Below the pieces are notes generated by a model that made no database searches, was not told where the DNA came from, and was given only the letters and a program-made list of their open reading frames with translations. The translations under genes were made by a program, and so were the position numbers. From the NCBI RefSeq assembly GCF_013315695.1, contig NZ_CP054353.1: DNA of 64,000 nucleotides, one strand, 5' to 3'. How positions within the stretch are numbered: the stretch's first letter is position 1; the number at the start of each line of letters is the position of its first letter. Shown piece after piece: positions 47,355 through 60,320 of the stretch. The DNA is from Escherichia coli. Its GTDB lineage: Bacteria; Pseudomonadota; Gammaproteobacteria; Enterobacterales; Enterobacteriaceae.

Positions 47355-47992
47355 CGATGGGGATGTTCCTGGCACTGGGTGAAATAGTCGGTCGTAAACT
47401 CTCTTCACACGATATTATTCGCGGGCTGCGTGTCGATGGCGTAGGGACAATGATAGGCGGAACGTTTAACAGCTTCCCCCACACGTCATTTTCACAAAAC
47501 GTTGGCCTGGTTAGCGTGACGCGCGTTCATAGCCGCTGGGTGTGTATTTCTTCGGGAATTATATTAATCCTGTTTGGCATGGTGCCAAAAATGGCGGTGC
47601 TGGTCGCCTCCATTCCGCAATTTGTGCTGGGCGGTGCTGGGCTGGTGATGTTCGGCATGGTACTGGCGACAGGGATTCGAATTCTGTCGCGCTGTAACTA
47701 CACCACCAACCGTTACAACCTCTATATTGTGGCGATCAGTCTCGGCGTTGGCATGACTCCGACGCTCTCTCACGATTTCTTTTCTAAGTTACCGGCCGTA
47801 CTGCAACCGTTGCTGCATAGCGGCATTATGCTCGCAACCCTTAGCGCCGTTGTGCTGAACGTCTTCTTTAATGGCTATCAGCATCATGCTGATCTGGTGA
47901 AGGAATCCGTCTCTGATAAAGATTTAAAAGTCAGGACAGTACGTATGTGGCTTCTGATGCGCAAGCTGAAGAAAAATGAGCATGGAGAATAA
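47355..47992 (+). pseudogene. ygfU: 3-prime fragment of nucleobase:cation symporter gene (ygfU/uacT-like), truncated by IS1
   Basis: Frame opens directly at the IS1 boundary and encodes only the C-terminal ~210 residues (several TM helices) of an NCS2-family permease; N-terminal part absent. Confidence 0.75.
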
Positions 47993-47993
47993 T

Positions 47994-48119
47994 ATGAATC
48001 TTTTAATGCGCGCTATATTCAGTCTGCTGTTGCTTTTTACTCTCTCTATTCCTGTCATTTCTGACTGTGTTGCAATGGCCATTGAAAGTCGCTTCAAATA
48101 TATGATGCTGCTTTTTTAA
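47994..48119 (+). CDS. candidate 41-aa hydrophobic small protein
   Basis: ATG 2 nt after the ygfU stop; MNLLMRAIFSLLLLFTLSIPVISDCVAMAIESRFKYMMLLF; not in the ORF track (below 60 aa). Speculative. Confidence 0.3.
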   Translation: MNLLMRAIFSLLLLFTLSIPVISDCVAMAIESRFKYMMLLF

Positions 48120-48241
48120 ATGGTTTTTACCTGTCGACATCCGCTCAAAACGGGCGGTTGTCGATAAACGCTCACTTGGTTAATCATTTCACTCTTCAAT
48201 TATCTATAATGATGAGTGATTAGAATTACATGTGAGAAATT

Positions 48242-48790
48242 ATGCAAACGGAACACGTCATTTTATTGAATGCACAGGGAGTTCCCACGGGTACGCTGGA
48301 AAAGTATGCCGCACACACGGCAGACACTCTCTTACATCTCGCGTTCTCCAGTTGGCTGTTTAATGCCAAAGGGCAATTATTAGTTACCCGCCGCGCCCTT
48401 AGCAAAAAAGCGTGGCCTGGCGTGTGGACTAACTCGGTTTGTGGGCACCCACAACTGGGAGAAAGCAACGAAGACGCGGTGATCCGCCGTTGCCGTTATG
48501 AGCTTGGCGTGGAAATTACGCCTCCTGAATCTATCTATCCTGACTTCTACTATCGCGCCACCGATCCGAATGGCATTGTGGAAAATGAAGTGTGTCCGGT
48601 ATTTGCCGCACGCACCACCAGTGCGTTACAGATCAACGATGATGAAGTGATGGATTATCAATGGTGTGATTTAGCAGATGTATTACACGGTATTGATGCC
48701 ACGCCGTGGGCGTTCAGTCCGTGGATGGTGATGCAGGCAGCCAATAGTGAAGCAAGAAAATTGTTGTCTGCTTTCGCGCAGCACAATTAA
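48242..48790 (+). CDS. idi: isopentenyl-diphosphate delta-isomerase (type I, Nudix-like)
   Basis: 182-aa ORF beginning [41 protein letters not shown]. Confidence 0.95.
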   Translation: MQTEHVILLNAQGVPTGTLEKYAAHTADTLLHLAFSSWLFNAKGQLLVTRRALSKKAWPGVWTNSVCGHPQLGESNEDAVIRRCRYELGVEITPPESIYPDFYYRATDPNGIVENEVCPVFAARTTSALQINDDEVMDYQWCDLADVLHGIDATPWAFSPWMVMQAANSEARKLLSAFAQHN

Positions 48791-48816
48791 AAAACCCCGA
48801 CATTTGCCGGGGTTGT
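48789..48816 (-). terminator. rho-independent terminator of lysS (hairpin shared with the idi 3-prime end)
   Basis: Hairpin ccccg-acatttgc-cgggg preceded on the plus strand by aaaaa (U-tract for the minus-strand transcript). Confidence 0.7.
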
Positions 48817-48832
48817 GAGCATAACGTAATGC

Positions 48833-50350
48833 TTATTTCACCGGACGCATCGCCGGGAACAGAATAACGTCGCGGATGGTATGGCTGTTGGTGAACAGCA
48901 TTACCATACGGTCGATACCAATTCCCAGACCTGCTGTCGGCGGTAAGCCATGTTCCAGTGCGGTGACGTAATCTTCATCGTAGAACATCGCTTCGTCGTC
49001 ACCTGCATCTTTCGCGGCAACCTGATCCAGGAAGCGCTGCGCCTGATCTTCCGCGTCATTCAGTTCGCTAAAGCCGTTACCGATTTCACGACCACCGATA
49101 AAGAACTCAAAGCGGTCTGTGATTTCCGGGTTAACGTCGTTACGACGCGCCAGCGGAGAAACTTCTGCCGGATATTCAGTAATGAAGGTCGGCTGAATCA
49201 GATGTGCTTCTGCCACTTCTTCGAAGATCTCGGTAACGATACGGCCCAGACCCCAGCTCTTCTCAACGTGGATGCCGATAGATTCAGCAATCGCTTTCGC
49301 AGAGTCGAAGTTGTCCAGATCCGCCATGTCGGTTTCCGGGCGATATTTCTTGATCGCTTCACGCATGGTCAGTTTTTCGAACGGTTTACCGAAGTCCAGC
49401 GTTACGTCGCCGTAGGTCACTTCCGTCTTACCGAGAATATCCTGTGCCAGAGTACGGAACAGCGATTCGGTCAGCTCGATCAGATCTTTGTAATCTGCGT
49501 AAGCCATATAGAGTTCCATCATGGTGAACTCTGGGTTATGACGTACGGAAATACCTTCGTTACGGAAGTTACGGTTGATTTCGAATACACGCTCGAAGCC
49601 ACCGACCACCAGACGCTTGAGGTACAGTTCCGGCGCGATACGCAGGTACATGTCGAGATCCAGCGCGTTATGGTGAGTGATAAACGGACGCGCAGCGGCA
49701 CCGCCAGGGATCACCTGCATCATCGGCGTTTCAACTTCCATAAAGCCGCGGTTCACCATGAACTGGCGAATACCAGAGAGGATCTGCGAGCGCACTTTAA
49801 AGGTGTTGCGGGATTCATCGTTAGAGATGAGATCCAGATAACGCTGACGATAGCGCGCTTCCTGATCCTGCAAGCCGTGGAATTTATCCGGCAGCGGACG
49901 CAGTGCTTTGGTCAGCAGACGCAGCTCGGTACAGTGGATAGACAGTTCGCCGGTTTTGGTTTTGAACAGTTTACCTTTCGCGCCGAGGATGTCACCAAGG
50001 TCCCATTTTTTGAATTGATCGTTATAAACGCCTTCCGGCAGATCGTCACGGGCAACGTACAGCTGAATGCGACCGCCAACGTCCTGCAGGGTAACGAAAG
50101 ACGCTTTACCCATAATACGACGGGTCATCATGCGGCCAGCAACGGCGACTTCGATGTTCAGCGCTTCCAGTTCTTCGTTCTCTTTGCCGTCGAATTCTGC
50201 GTGCAATTGGTCAGAGGTATGATCGCGACGGAAATCGTTCGGGAAGGCAATCCCCTGCTCGCGCAGGTTCGCCAGCTTCTCACGACGCGTTTTCAGTTCA
50301 TTGTTAAGATCGACTACCGCGTCAGCGCCCTGTGCGTTTTGTTCAGACAT
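48833..50350 (-). CDS. lysS: lysyl-tRNA synthetase (constitutive)
   Basis: 505-aa class II aaRS ORF ([33 protein letters not shown]...). Confidence 0.97.
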   Translation of the reverse strand: MSEQNAQGADAVVDLNNELKTRREKLANLREQGIAFPNDFRRDHTSDQLHAEFDGKENEELEALNIEVAVAGRMMTRRIMGKASFVTLQDVGGRIQLYVARDDLPEGVYNDQFKKWDLGDILGAKGKLFKTKTGELSIHCTELRLLTKALRPLPDKFHGLQDQEARYRQRYLDLISNDESRNTFKVRSQILSGIRQFMVNRGFMEVETPMMQVIPGGAAARPFITHHNALDLDMYLRIAPELYLKRLVVGGFERVFEINRNFRNEGISVRHNPEFTMMELYMAYADYKDLIELTESLFRTLAQDILGKTEVTYGDVTLDFGKPFEKLTMREAIKKYRPETDMADLDNFDSAKAIAESIGIHVEKSWGLGRIVTEIFEEVAEAHLIQPTFITEYPAEVSPLARRNDVNPEITDRFEFFIGGREIGNGFSELNDAEDQAQRFLDQVAAKDAGDDEAMFYDEDYVTALEHGLPPTAGLGIGIDRMVMLFTNSHTIRDVILFPAMRPVK

Positions 50351-50359
50351 GTTGGTTCC

Positions 50360-51458
50360 TCATAACCCTGCTTTCAAACTTGCTTCGATAAATTGATCCA
50401 GGCTGCCGTCCAGCACGGCCTGCGTGTTGCGGGTTTCTACCCCGGTGCGCAGATCTTTAATGCGGGAGTCATCAAGGACATAAGAACGAATCTGGCTGCC
50501 CCAGCCGATGTCGGATTTGTTATCTTCCATCGCCTGTTTCTCGGCATTTTTCTTCTGCATCTCCAGTTCATAAAGCTTCGCTTTCATCTGCTTCATGGCC
50601 TGGTCTTTGTTCTTGTGCTGGGAACGGTCGTTCTGGCACTGAGTCACGATCCCGGTTGGGATGTGAGTAATACGCACCGCAGATTCGGTACGGTTAACGT
50701 GCTGACCGCCCGCGCCGGATGCGCGATAAACGTCGATGCGCAGATCCGCCGGATTGATTTCGATATCGATATCATCATCAACTTCCGGGTAAACAAACGC
50801 GGAGCTGAACGACGTGTGGCGACGACCGCCGGAGTCAAACGGGCTCTTACGCACCAGGCGGTGAACGCCGGTTTCTGTACGCAGCCAGCCATAAGCGTAA
50901 TCGCCGGAGATTTTGATCGTCACGGATTTAATACCCGCCACTTCACCTTCCGACTCTTCAATGATTTCAGTTTTGAAACCACGCGATTCAGCCCAGCGCA
51001 GATACATACGCTCAAGCATGCTCGCCCAGTCCTGTGCTTCCGTACCGCCAGACCCCGCCTGAATATCGAGGTAGCAGTCGGCGCTGTCATATTCGCCAGA
51101 GAACATACGGCGGAACTCAAGCTGCGCCAGTTTTTCTTCCAGGGCGTCGAGTTCAGCAACGGCTTCGTTAAAGGTTTCTTCGTCGTCAGCTTCTACAGCC
51201 AGTTCCAGCAGACCAGAAACATCTTCCAGCCCCTGCTTCATTTGGTCGAGGGTGTCGACAACGGCTTCGAGGGAGGAACGCTCTTTACCCAGCGCCTGTG
51301 CGCGTTCGGGTTCGTTCCAGACATCCGGCTGTTCCAGCTCGGCGTTTACTTCTTCCAGACGCTCTTTCTTGGCGTCATAGTCAAAGATACCCCCTAAGAA
51401 CGTCGGAGCGTTCCGTGAGGTCCTGAATGCGATTATTTATCGGATTAATTTCAAACAT
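50360..51458 (-). CDS. prfB: peptide chain release factor 2, expressed via programmed +1 ribosomal frameshift
   Basis: Frame 0 from ATG at 51456-51458 encodes [25 protein letters not shown] and then TGA (plus-strand 51381-51383) within the canonical slippery context AGG GGG UAU CUU UGA C; the +1 frame continues into the 293-aa track ORF (50360..51241) containing the GGQ motif. Confidence 0.95.
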
Positions 51459-51548
51459 GGTCTGATTTCTTTTATTGAGCTAGTCAAAATGCGGTGATAA
51501 GAGCGGGATTGTACCCAATCCACGCTCTTTTTTATAGAGAAGATGACG

Positions 51549-53282
51549 CTAAATTGGCCAGATATTGTCGATGATAATTTGCAGGCTGCGGTTGCCGCGA
51601 AACTCGTTGATATCGAGCTTGTAAGCCAGTTGCACTTCGCGCACGCCGTTATCCGGCCAGAGGGCGGTATCGACATTAAAAGCAATACCATCCAGCAGCG
51701 GACCGCCGCCGACCGGCTCGACCATGACTTTCAAATGACGCTCGCCCACCAGCCGCTGTTGCAGCAGACGGAAATGACCATCAAACAGCGGCTCCGGGAA
51801 CATCTGCCCCCACGGGCCAGCATCGCGCAACAGCTGCGCCACTTCCATGGTCATTTCGGCCGGACTTAACGGACCGTCCGACACCACTTCGCCTTGCAAT
51901 AAAGAAGGATCTAACCACTCAGTAACCAGTTCGCCAAACCGTTGTTGAAAGAGTTCGAATTTATCCTCTTCCAGCGACAAACCCGCCGCCATCGCATGAC
52001 CGCCAAACTTGAGCATCATGCCAGGGTAGAGCGTGTCTAACCGCTCCAGCGCATCACGCATATGTAGCCCCTGAATGGAGCGACCGGAACCTTTCAGCGT
52101 ACCATCACCTGCTGGCGCAAAGGCGATAACCGGACGGTGAAAACGCTCTTTGATGCGCGAAGCCAGAATACCGACCACGCCCTGATGCCATTCGGGGTGA
52201 TACATTGCCAGCCCGCCGGGTAGTGTGTCACGGCTGCGCTCCAGTTTCTCGCACAGGGTCAGGGCTTCAATCTGCATTCCTTGTTCGATCTCTTTTCGCG
52301 TCTGGTTTAGCGCATCGAGTTCATTTGCCAGCACGCGCGCTTCGCCGATGTTGTCGCACAGCAACAGCGCCACACCAACGGACATATCATCCAGTCGCCC
52401 GGCAGCATTGAGACGTGGCCCCAGCGCAAAACCTAAATCGCTGGCGGCGAGTTTTTGCGCATCGCGATTTGCCACTTCCAGCAGCGCTTTAATCCCCGGA
52501 CGGCACTTACCGGCACGGATGCGACTCATCCCCTGCCAGGTCAGAATGCGATTATTAGCGTCCAGCGGTACGACGTCCGCCACTGTCCCCAGCGCGACCA
52601 GATCCAGCAGTTCTGCCAGATTAGGAATTGCGATGCCGCGCTCATCAAACCAGCCCTGATCGCGCAAAAAGGTGCGCAGAGCCAGCATCAGATAAAACGC
52701 CACACCCACGCCTGCCAGTGATTTCGACGGGAAATTACAGTCGCGCAAGTTAGGGTTAATGATCGCTTCCGCTGCGGGTAATGTGTCGCCTGGCAAATGG
52801 TGATCGGTAACAATAACCGGAATGCCCAACGAACGAGCGTGTTCAACCCCCGCATGGGAGGAAATACCGTTATCCACCGTGACAATTAACTGCGCGCCAC
52901 GGGCATGAGCCTGATCGACTACTTCCGGGCTTAAGCCGTAACCGTCTTCGAAACGGTTTGGAACCAGGTAGTCGATATTGCTGCAACCAAGCGAGCGCAT
53001 CGCCAGCACGCTTAGAGCCGTGCTGGTGGCCCCGTCGGCGTCGAAATCACCGACCACAATAATCCGCGTTCCTTCGCGAAAAGCGTTGTAAAGGATCTCA
53101 ACGGCCTTTTCGACGCCGCTCAGTTGCTGCCAGGGCAGCAACCCTTTAACACTGCGTTCCAGTTCTTGCGCACTGCGTACTCCCCGGCTGGCGTATAAAC
53201 GGCGCAGCAAGGGAGGCAATTCAGCGGGCAAGTCGGCCGTTTCATCGACTTCTCGGCGACGAAGTTGTATCTGTTGTTTCAC
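51549..53282 (-). CDS. recJ: single-stranded-DNA-specific 5-prime to 3-prime exonuclease RecJ
   Basis: 577-aa DHH-family ORF. Confidence 0.95.
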   Translation of the reverse strand: MKQQIQLRRREVDETADLPAELPPLLRRLYASRGVRSAQELERSVKGLLPWQQLSGVEKAVEILYNAFREGTRIIVVGDFDADGATSTALSVLAMRSLGCSNIDYLVPNRFEDGYGLSPEVVDQAHARGAQLIVTVDNGISSHAGVEHARSLGIPVIVTDHHLPGDTLPAAEAIINPNLRDCNFPSKSLAGVGVAFYLMLALRTFLRDQGWFDERGIAIPNLAELLDLVALGTVADVVPLDANNRILTWQGMSRIRAGKCRPGIKALLEVANRDAQKLAASDLGFALGPRLNAAGRLDDMSVGVALLLCDNIGEARVLANELDALNQTRKEIEQGMQIEALTLCEKLERSRDTLPGGLAMYHPEWHQGVVGILASRIKERFHRPVIAFAPAGDGTLKGSGRSIQGLHMRDALERLDTLYPGMMLKFGGHAMAAGLSLEEDKFELFQQRFGELVTEWLDPSLLQGEVVSDGPLSPAEMTMEVAQLLRDAGPWGQMFPEPLFDGHFRLLQQRLVGERHLKVMVEPVGGGPLLDGIAFNVDTALWPDNGVREVQLAYKLDINEFRGNRSLQIIIDNIWPI

Positions 53283-53287
53283 GCGAA

Positions 53288-53998
53288 TTATTTACCGCTG
53301 GTCATTTTTTGGTGTTCGTCGAGGAATTCTTTCATGTCTTTCGGCGGCTGGTAACCCGGAACAAGTGTGCCATTGCTCAGCACAATTGCCGGAGTGCCAC
53401 TAACGCCAAGCTGGACGCCAAGTGCGTAATGATCGGCAATATCAATATCGCAACTTGCCGGAGTGGCAGCTTTACCCGCCATCACATCATCAAACGCTTT
53501 CTTTTTATCTTTCGCACACCAGATGGCTTTCATTTGTTGCTCAGCCTGGCTCTCCAGCCCCTGGCGTGGGAAAGCAAGATAACGCACGGTGATCCCCAGT
53601 GCGTTGTAGTCTGCCATTTGCTCATGCAGTTTGTGGCAGTAACCACAGGTAATATCAGTAAACACGGTGATGACGTGTTTTTCCTGCGGCGCTTTATAAA
53701 CGATCATCTCTTTTTCAAGCGCATTCAACTGCTTTAACAGCATCTTATTGGTGACATTGACCGGAGCTGTGCCACTAACGTCATACATTGGCCCCTGAAT
53801 GATATGTTTACCATCATCGGTGATGTACAACACACCGCTGTTAGTCAGAACTGTCTTCATGCCAGCTACGGGCGCGGGCTGAATATCGCTGCTTTTGATG
53901 CCCATTTTGGCTAACGTTTGTTGAATTGCCGCGTCATCAGCCTGAGCAAAGCCTGAAAACGCCGCTAACAAAGTAAACAACATAAAACCTTTCTTCAT
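53288..53998 (-). CDS. dsbC: periplasmic disulfide isomerase DsbC
   Basis: 236-aa ORF with signal peptide and thioredoxin CGYC active site. Confidence 0.95.
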   Translation of the reverse strand: MKKGFMLFTLLAAFSGFAQADDAAIQQTLAKMGIKSSDIQPAPVAGMKTVLTNSGVLYITDDGKHIIQGPMYDVSGTAPVNVTNKMLLKQLNALEKEMIVYKAPQEKHVITVFTDITCGYCHKLHEQMADYNALGITVRYLAFPRQGLESQAEQQMKAIWCAKDKKKAFDDVMAGKAATPASCDIDIADHYALGVQLGVSGTPAIVLSNGTLVPGYQPPKDMKEFLDEHQKMTSGK

Positions 53999-54022
53999 AA
54001 ATCTTCCCGTTCTTTTCAGACA

Positions 54023-54919
54023 TCACGCCCGCGGGTGATGCTGTTGATGAAGTTGCCGCAGACGCTCGGTAGCGACATGCGTATAAATTTGCGTGGTGGA
54101 GAGATCGCTGTGGCCCAGTAGCATCTGCACCACGCGTAAATCCGCACCATGATTTAATAAGTGAGTGGCAAAAGCGTGACGCAACACATGCGGTGACAGC
54201 TTTTCGCTGTCGATCCCCGCCAGCACGGCATAATGTTTAATGCGGTGCCAGAAGGTCTGTCGCGTCATCTGCTGCGCACGCTGACTGGGGAACAACACGT
54301 CAATTGACACACCATTCAGCAGCCACGGACGCCCATGTTCCAGATAAGTTTCCAGCCAGTAAACCGCCTCTTCACCTAACGGCACCAGGCGCTCTTTGTT
54401 GCCTTTACCAATGACCCGCACTACGCCCTGACGCAGGCTGATATCACTCATTGTCAGCCCGACCAGTTCAGAGACACGCAGTCCGGTAGCATACAACACT
54501 TCAAGCATGGCTTTATCGCGTAGCTCCAGTGGCTGATCAATTAATGGTGCCTGTAATAAACGTTCGACCTGCGCTTCGCTTAAATCTTTTGGCAAACGCT
54601 GGGGCAATTTCGGTGAAGCGAGATGCGCACTGGGATCGTCTTCACGAAACTTTTCGCGATAAAGATACTGGAACAATCGGCGCACTGCACTCAGCAAACG
54701 CGCTGAGCTGGTGGCTTTATACCCGCCCTCCAGCCGTTCTGCCAGTAATGCCTGCAAATCGTCACTTTGCGCCGTCGCCAGCGTCAACCCGCGGTGATGC
54801 AACCACTCCACCATCATTGACAGATCGCGACGGTAAGCGTTCAACGTATTTTCAGCCAGATTTTTTTCCAGCCACAGAGCATCAAGAAACTGCTCGATGC
54901 GTGCCAGATCCTGTTTCAC
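54023..54919 (-). CDS. xerD: site-specific tyrosine recombinase XerD
   Basis: 298-aa ORF with tyrosine-recombinase C-terminal motifs (HVLRHAFATHLL...LGHSDLSTTQIYTHV). Confidence 0.95.
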   Translation of the reverse strand: MKQDLARIEQFLDALWLEKNLAENTLNAYRRDLSMMVEWLHHRGLTLATAQSDDLQALLAERLEGGYKATSSARLLSAVRRLFQYLYREKFREDDPSAHLASPKLPQRLPKDLSEAQVERLLQAPLIDQPLELRDKAMLEVLYATGLRVSELVGLTMSDISLRQGVVRVIGKGNKERLVPLGEEAVYWLETYLEHGRPWLLNGVSIDVLFPSQRAQQMTRQTFWHRIKHYAVLAGIDSEKLSPHVLRHAFATHLLNHGADLRVVQMLLGHSDLSTTQIYTHVATERLRQLHQQHHPRA

Positions 54920-55030
54920 TTGCGCCCCTTATGGTCACTCATTTGATCCATTATGCCTTATTGTGCCGTGACTAAAGCGATTCTGATACACTAGCCACAA
55001 AAGCCACAGCAGAATCGAGAAGCTTACGTT

Positions 55031-55552
55031 ATGAATATGGGTCTTTTTTACGGTTCCAGCACCTGTTACACCGAAATGGCGGCAGAAAAAATCCGCGATA
55101 TTATCGGCCCAGAACTGGTGACCTTACATAACCTCAAGGACGACTCCCCGAAATTAATGGAGCAGTACGATGTGCTCATTCTGGGTATCCCGACCTGGGA
55201 TTTTGGCGAAATCCAGGAAGACTGGGAAGCCGTCTGGGATCAGCTCGACGACCTGAACCTCGAAGGTAAAATTGTTGCGCTGTATGGGCTTGGCGATCAA
55301 CTGGGATACGGCGAGTGGTTCCTCGATGCGCTCGGTATGCTGCATGACAAACTCTCGACCAAAGGCGTGAAGTTCGTCGGCTACTGGCCAACGGAAGGAT
55401 ATGAATTTACTAGCCCGAAACCGGTGATTGCTGACGGGCAACTGTTCGTGGGTCTGGCGCTGGATGAAACTAACCAGTATGACCTTAGCGACGAGCGTAT
55501 TCAGAGCTGGTGCGAGCAAATCTTCAACGAAATGGCAGAGCATTACGCCTGA
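55031..55552 (+). CDS. fldB: flavodoxin 2
   Basis: 173-aa [24 protein letters not shown]... (flavodoxin fold). Confidence 0.93.
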   Translation: MNMGLFYGSSTCYTEMAAEKIRDIIGPELVTLHNLKDDSPKLMEQYDVLILGIPTWDFGEIQEDWEAVWDQLDDLNLEGKIVALYGLGDQLGYGEWFLDALGMLHDKLSTKGVKFVGYWPTEGYEFTSPKPVIADGQLFVGLALDETNQYDLSDERIQSWCEQIFNEMAEHYA

Positions 55553-55591
55553 TGTCACTGACGGCTTAGCGCACAGGCTTTGCCGTCATCT

Positions 55592-56258
<667 letters not shown>

Positions 56259-56487
56259 TCACGAAAATCCAGTCCCCGCTATTGTAACGTGTTTTTCGAC
56301 TTCTTTTACGGGAATATCAGTAAACACAATCGCGATCGCGAAATTAATTCACAACAATTCAAGGGCTTCATTTTTTTGGAAGTCGCCTCGCAGAAGGCAC
56401 AGATCGCGTAGTGAAAGCACTTGCATTGCCTCATAGCTCTTTTACCATTAGTCATTAATACGCCGTTAAGCAACTCAGGACTCTATT

Positions 56488-57468
56488 ATGGCTTTTACAC
56501 CTTTTCCTCCCCGTCAGCCTACGGCTTCTGCCCGTTTGCCACTGACGCTGATGACGCTTGATGACTGGGCGCTTGCCACCATTACTGGCGCGGACAGCGA
56601 AAAATATATGCAGGGTCAAGTGACAGCAGATGTCAGCCAGATGACAGAAGATCAGCACCTGCTCGCCGCCCATTGCGACGCCAAAGGTAAAATGTGGAGC
56701 AATTTACGTCTGTTCCGCGACGGCGATGGCTTTGCATGGATTGAACGGCGCAGCGTGCGTGAACCGCAGCTGACTGAACTGAAAAAATATGCGGTGTTCT
56801 CTAAAGTGACCATCGCGCCAGACGACGAGCGTGTGCTGCTTGGTGTTGCCGGTTTTCAGGCGCGCGCCGCGTTGGCAAATCTCTTTAGTGAACTACCTTC
56901 GAGAGAAAAACAGGTAGTCAAAGAAGGCGCGACCACGTTGCTATGGTTTGAACACCCGGCAGAACGTTTCCTGATCGTAACCGATGAAGCTACTGCCAAT
57001 ATGCTGACCGATAAACTGCGCGGTGAAGCGGAACTGAACAATAGCCAACAGTGGCTGGCATTAAACATTGAAGCGGGTTTCCCGGTGATTGACGCCGCCA
57101 ACAGCGGGCAGTTTATCCCCCAGGCGACCAACCTCCAGGCGCTGGGCGGCATCAGCTTTAAGAAAGGCTGCTATACCGGACAGGAGATGGTGGCGCGAGC
57201 AAAATTCCGTGGTGCCAACAAACGCGCGTTGTGGTTGCTGAAGGGGAGCGCCAGCCGACTGCCGGAAGCGGGTGAAGACTTAGAGCTGAAAATGGGCGAG
57301 AACTGGCGTCGTACCGGTACGGTGCTGGCTGCGGTCAAACTGGAAGATGGTCAGGTTGTGGTGCAGGTTGTCATGAATAACGATATGGAACCGGACAGCA
57401 TCTTCCGCGTGCGTGACGATGCGAATACATTGCGTATCGAGCCACTGCCATATTCGCTGGAAGAGTAA
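56488..57468 (+). CDS. ygfZ: folate-binding Fe-S cluster repair protein YgfZ
   Basis: 326-aa ORF; GcvT-like fold; synteny. Confidence 0.93.
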
Positions 57469-57476
57469 ATCTCTAT

Positions 57477-57506
57477 ATCGCATCAGGCATTTATCGCCTG
57501 ATGCGA
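57477..57506. repeat. REP-like palindromic hairpin downstream of ygfZ
   Basis: Palindrome tcgcatcaggc-atttat-cgcctgatgcga. Confidence 0.5.
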
Positions 57507-57544
57507 TACTGGTGTGTCTTTTCAGGCCTACAAAGGCACGCCAA

Positions 57545-58279
<735 letters not shown>

Positions 58280-58367
58280 TTAGCTAAAATAAATTCTGAT
58301 TTGAGATTAATCTCTGAAAAATCATGAAATTAAATGCGAAATTTCAACTAACAGGCGTGAGTTCAAT

Positions 58368-58679
58368 TTAAAGGCATTTAAATTCAATCACATAAAACTG
58401 TGTCTGGTCGGGATAGATGTCGGCAATGACCTTTTTCAGTTCAGTCAGGGTCATATTTTCCTGCTCTGCATGTTTTTCCGTCAGCGTATCCAGCGTTACG
58501 GTTGAGGTTGCAGTGACTTCAATCGTGCAAAAATAACCGCCATCTTCAAAACGCCCGACACGAAGCACATCACCCGTTTTGAAGTGCGATTCAGACTCGT
58601 CGCGGATGGTGATAATTTTACGCCCAGCCAGAATGTCATCCTGGAAACGTTGAAAAAAAGTGATGTCGTTTGGCTGCAT
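58368..58679 (-). CDS. yqfB: ASCH-domain protein YqfB
   Basis: 103-aa ORF; synteny upstream of bglA. Confidence 0.88.
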   Translation of the reverse strand: MQPNDITFFQRFQDDILAGRKIITIRDESESHFKTGDVLRVGRFEDGGYFCTIEVTATSTVTLDTLTEKHAEQENMTLTELKKVIADIYPDQTQFYVIEFKCL

Positions 58680-58696
58680 GGTACTATTTCCTGTAA

Positions 58697-60157
<1,461 letters not shown>

Positions 60158-60162
60158 TTACC

Positions 60163-60212
60163 CGATGTGCCTGATGCGCCCCGCTCATCAGGCCTGGCGC
60201 TCCTGTCATATA
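60163..60212. repeat. REP (repetitive extragenic palindrome) element downstream of bglA
   Basis: gatgtgcctgatgcgccccgctcatcaggcctgg: typical REP palindrome. Confidence 0.6.
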
Positions 60213-60320
60213 TTGAACTCCTGGAGTTTATATTTACGCTTCATCCGACACACAAAGCGCACTTTATTAACAAGCTAAAAAGGCGCCGAAGCGCCTTTAG
60301 AAGATAGTCGAATCAGTAAA

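Noticed and set aside
48950-50365. 471-aa plus-strand ORF antisense to lysS
   Set aside because: Lies entirely within the strongly conserved lysS coding region on the opposite strand; repetitive low-complexity composition (FRR/VQ-rich) typical of spurious antisense frames in GC-rich genes.
50393-51397. 334-aa plus-strand ORF antisense to prfB
   Set aside because: Antisense to a conserved essential gene; no start context or domain signature.
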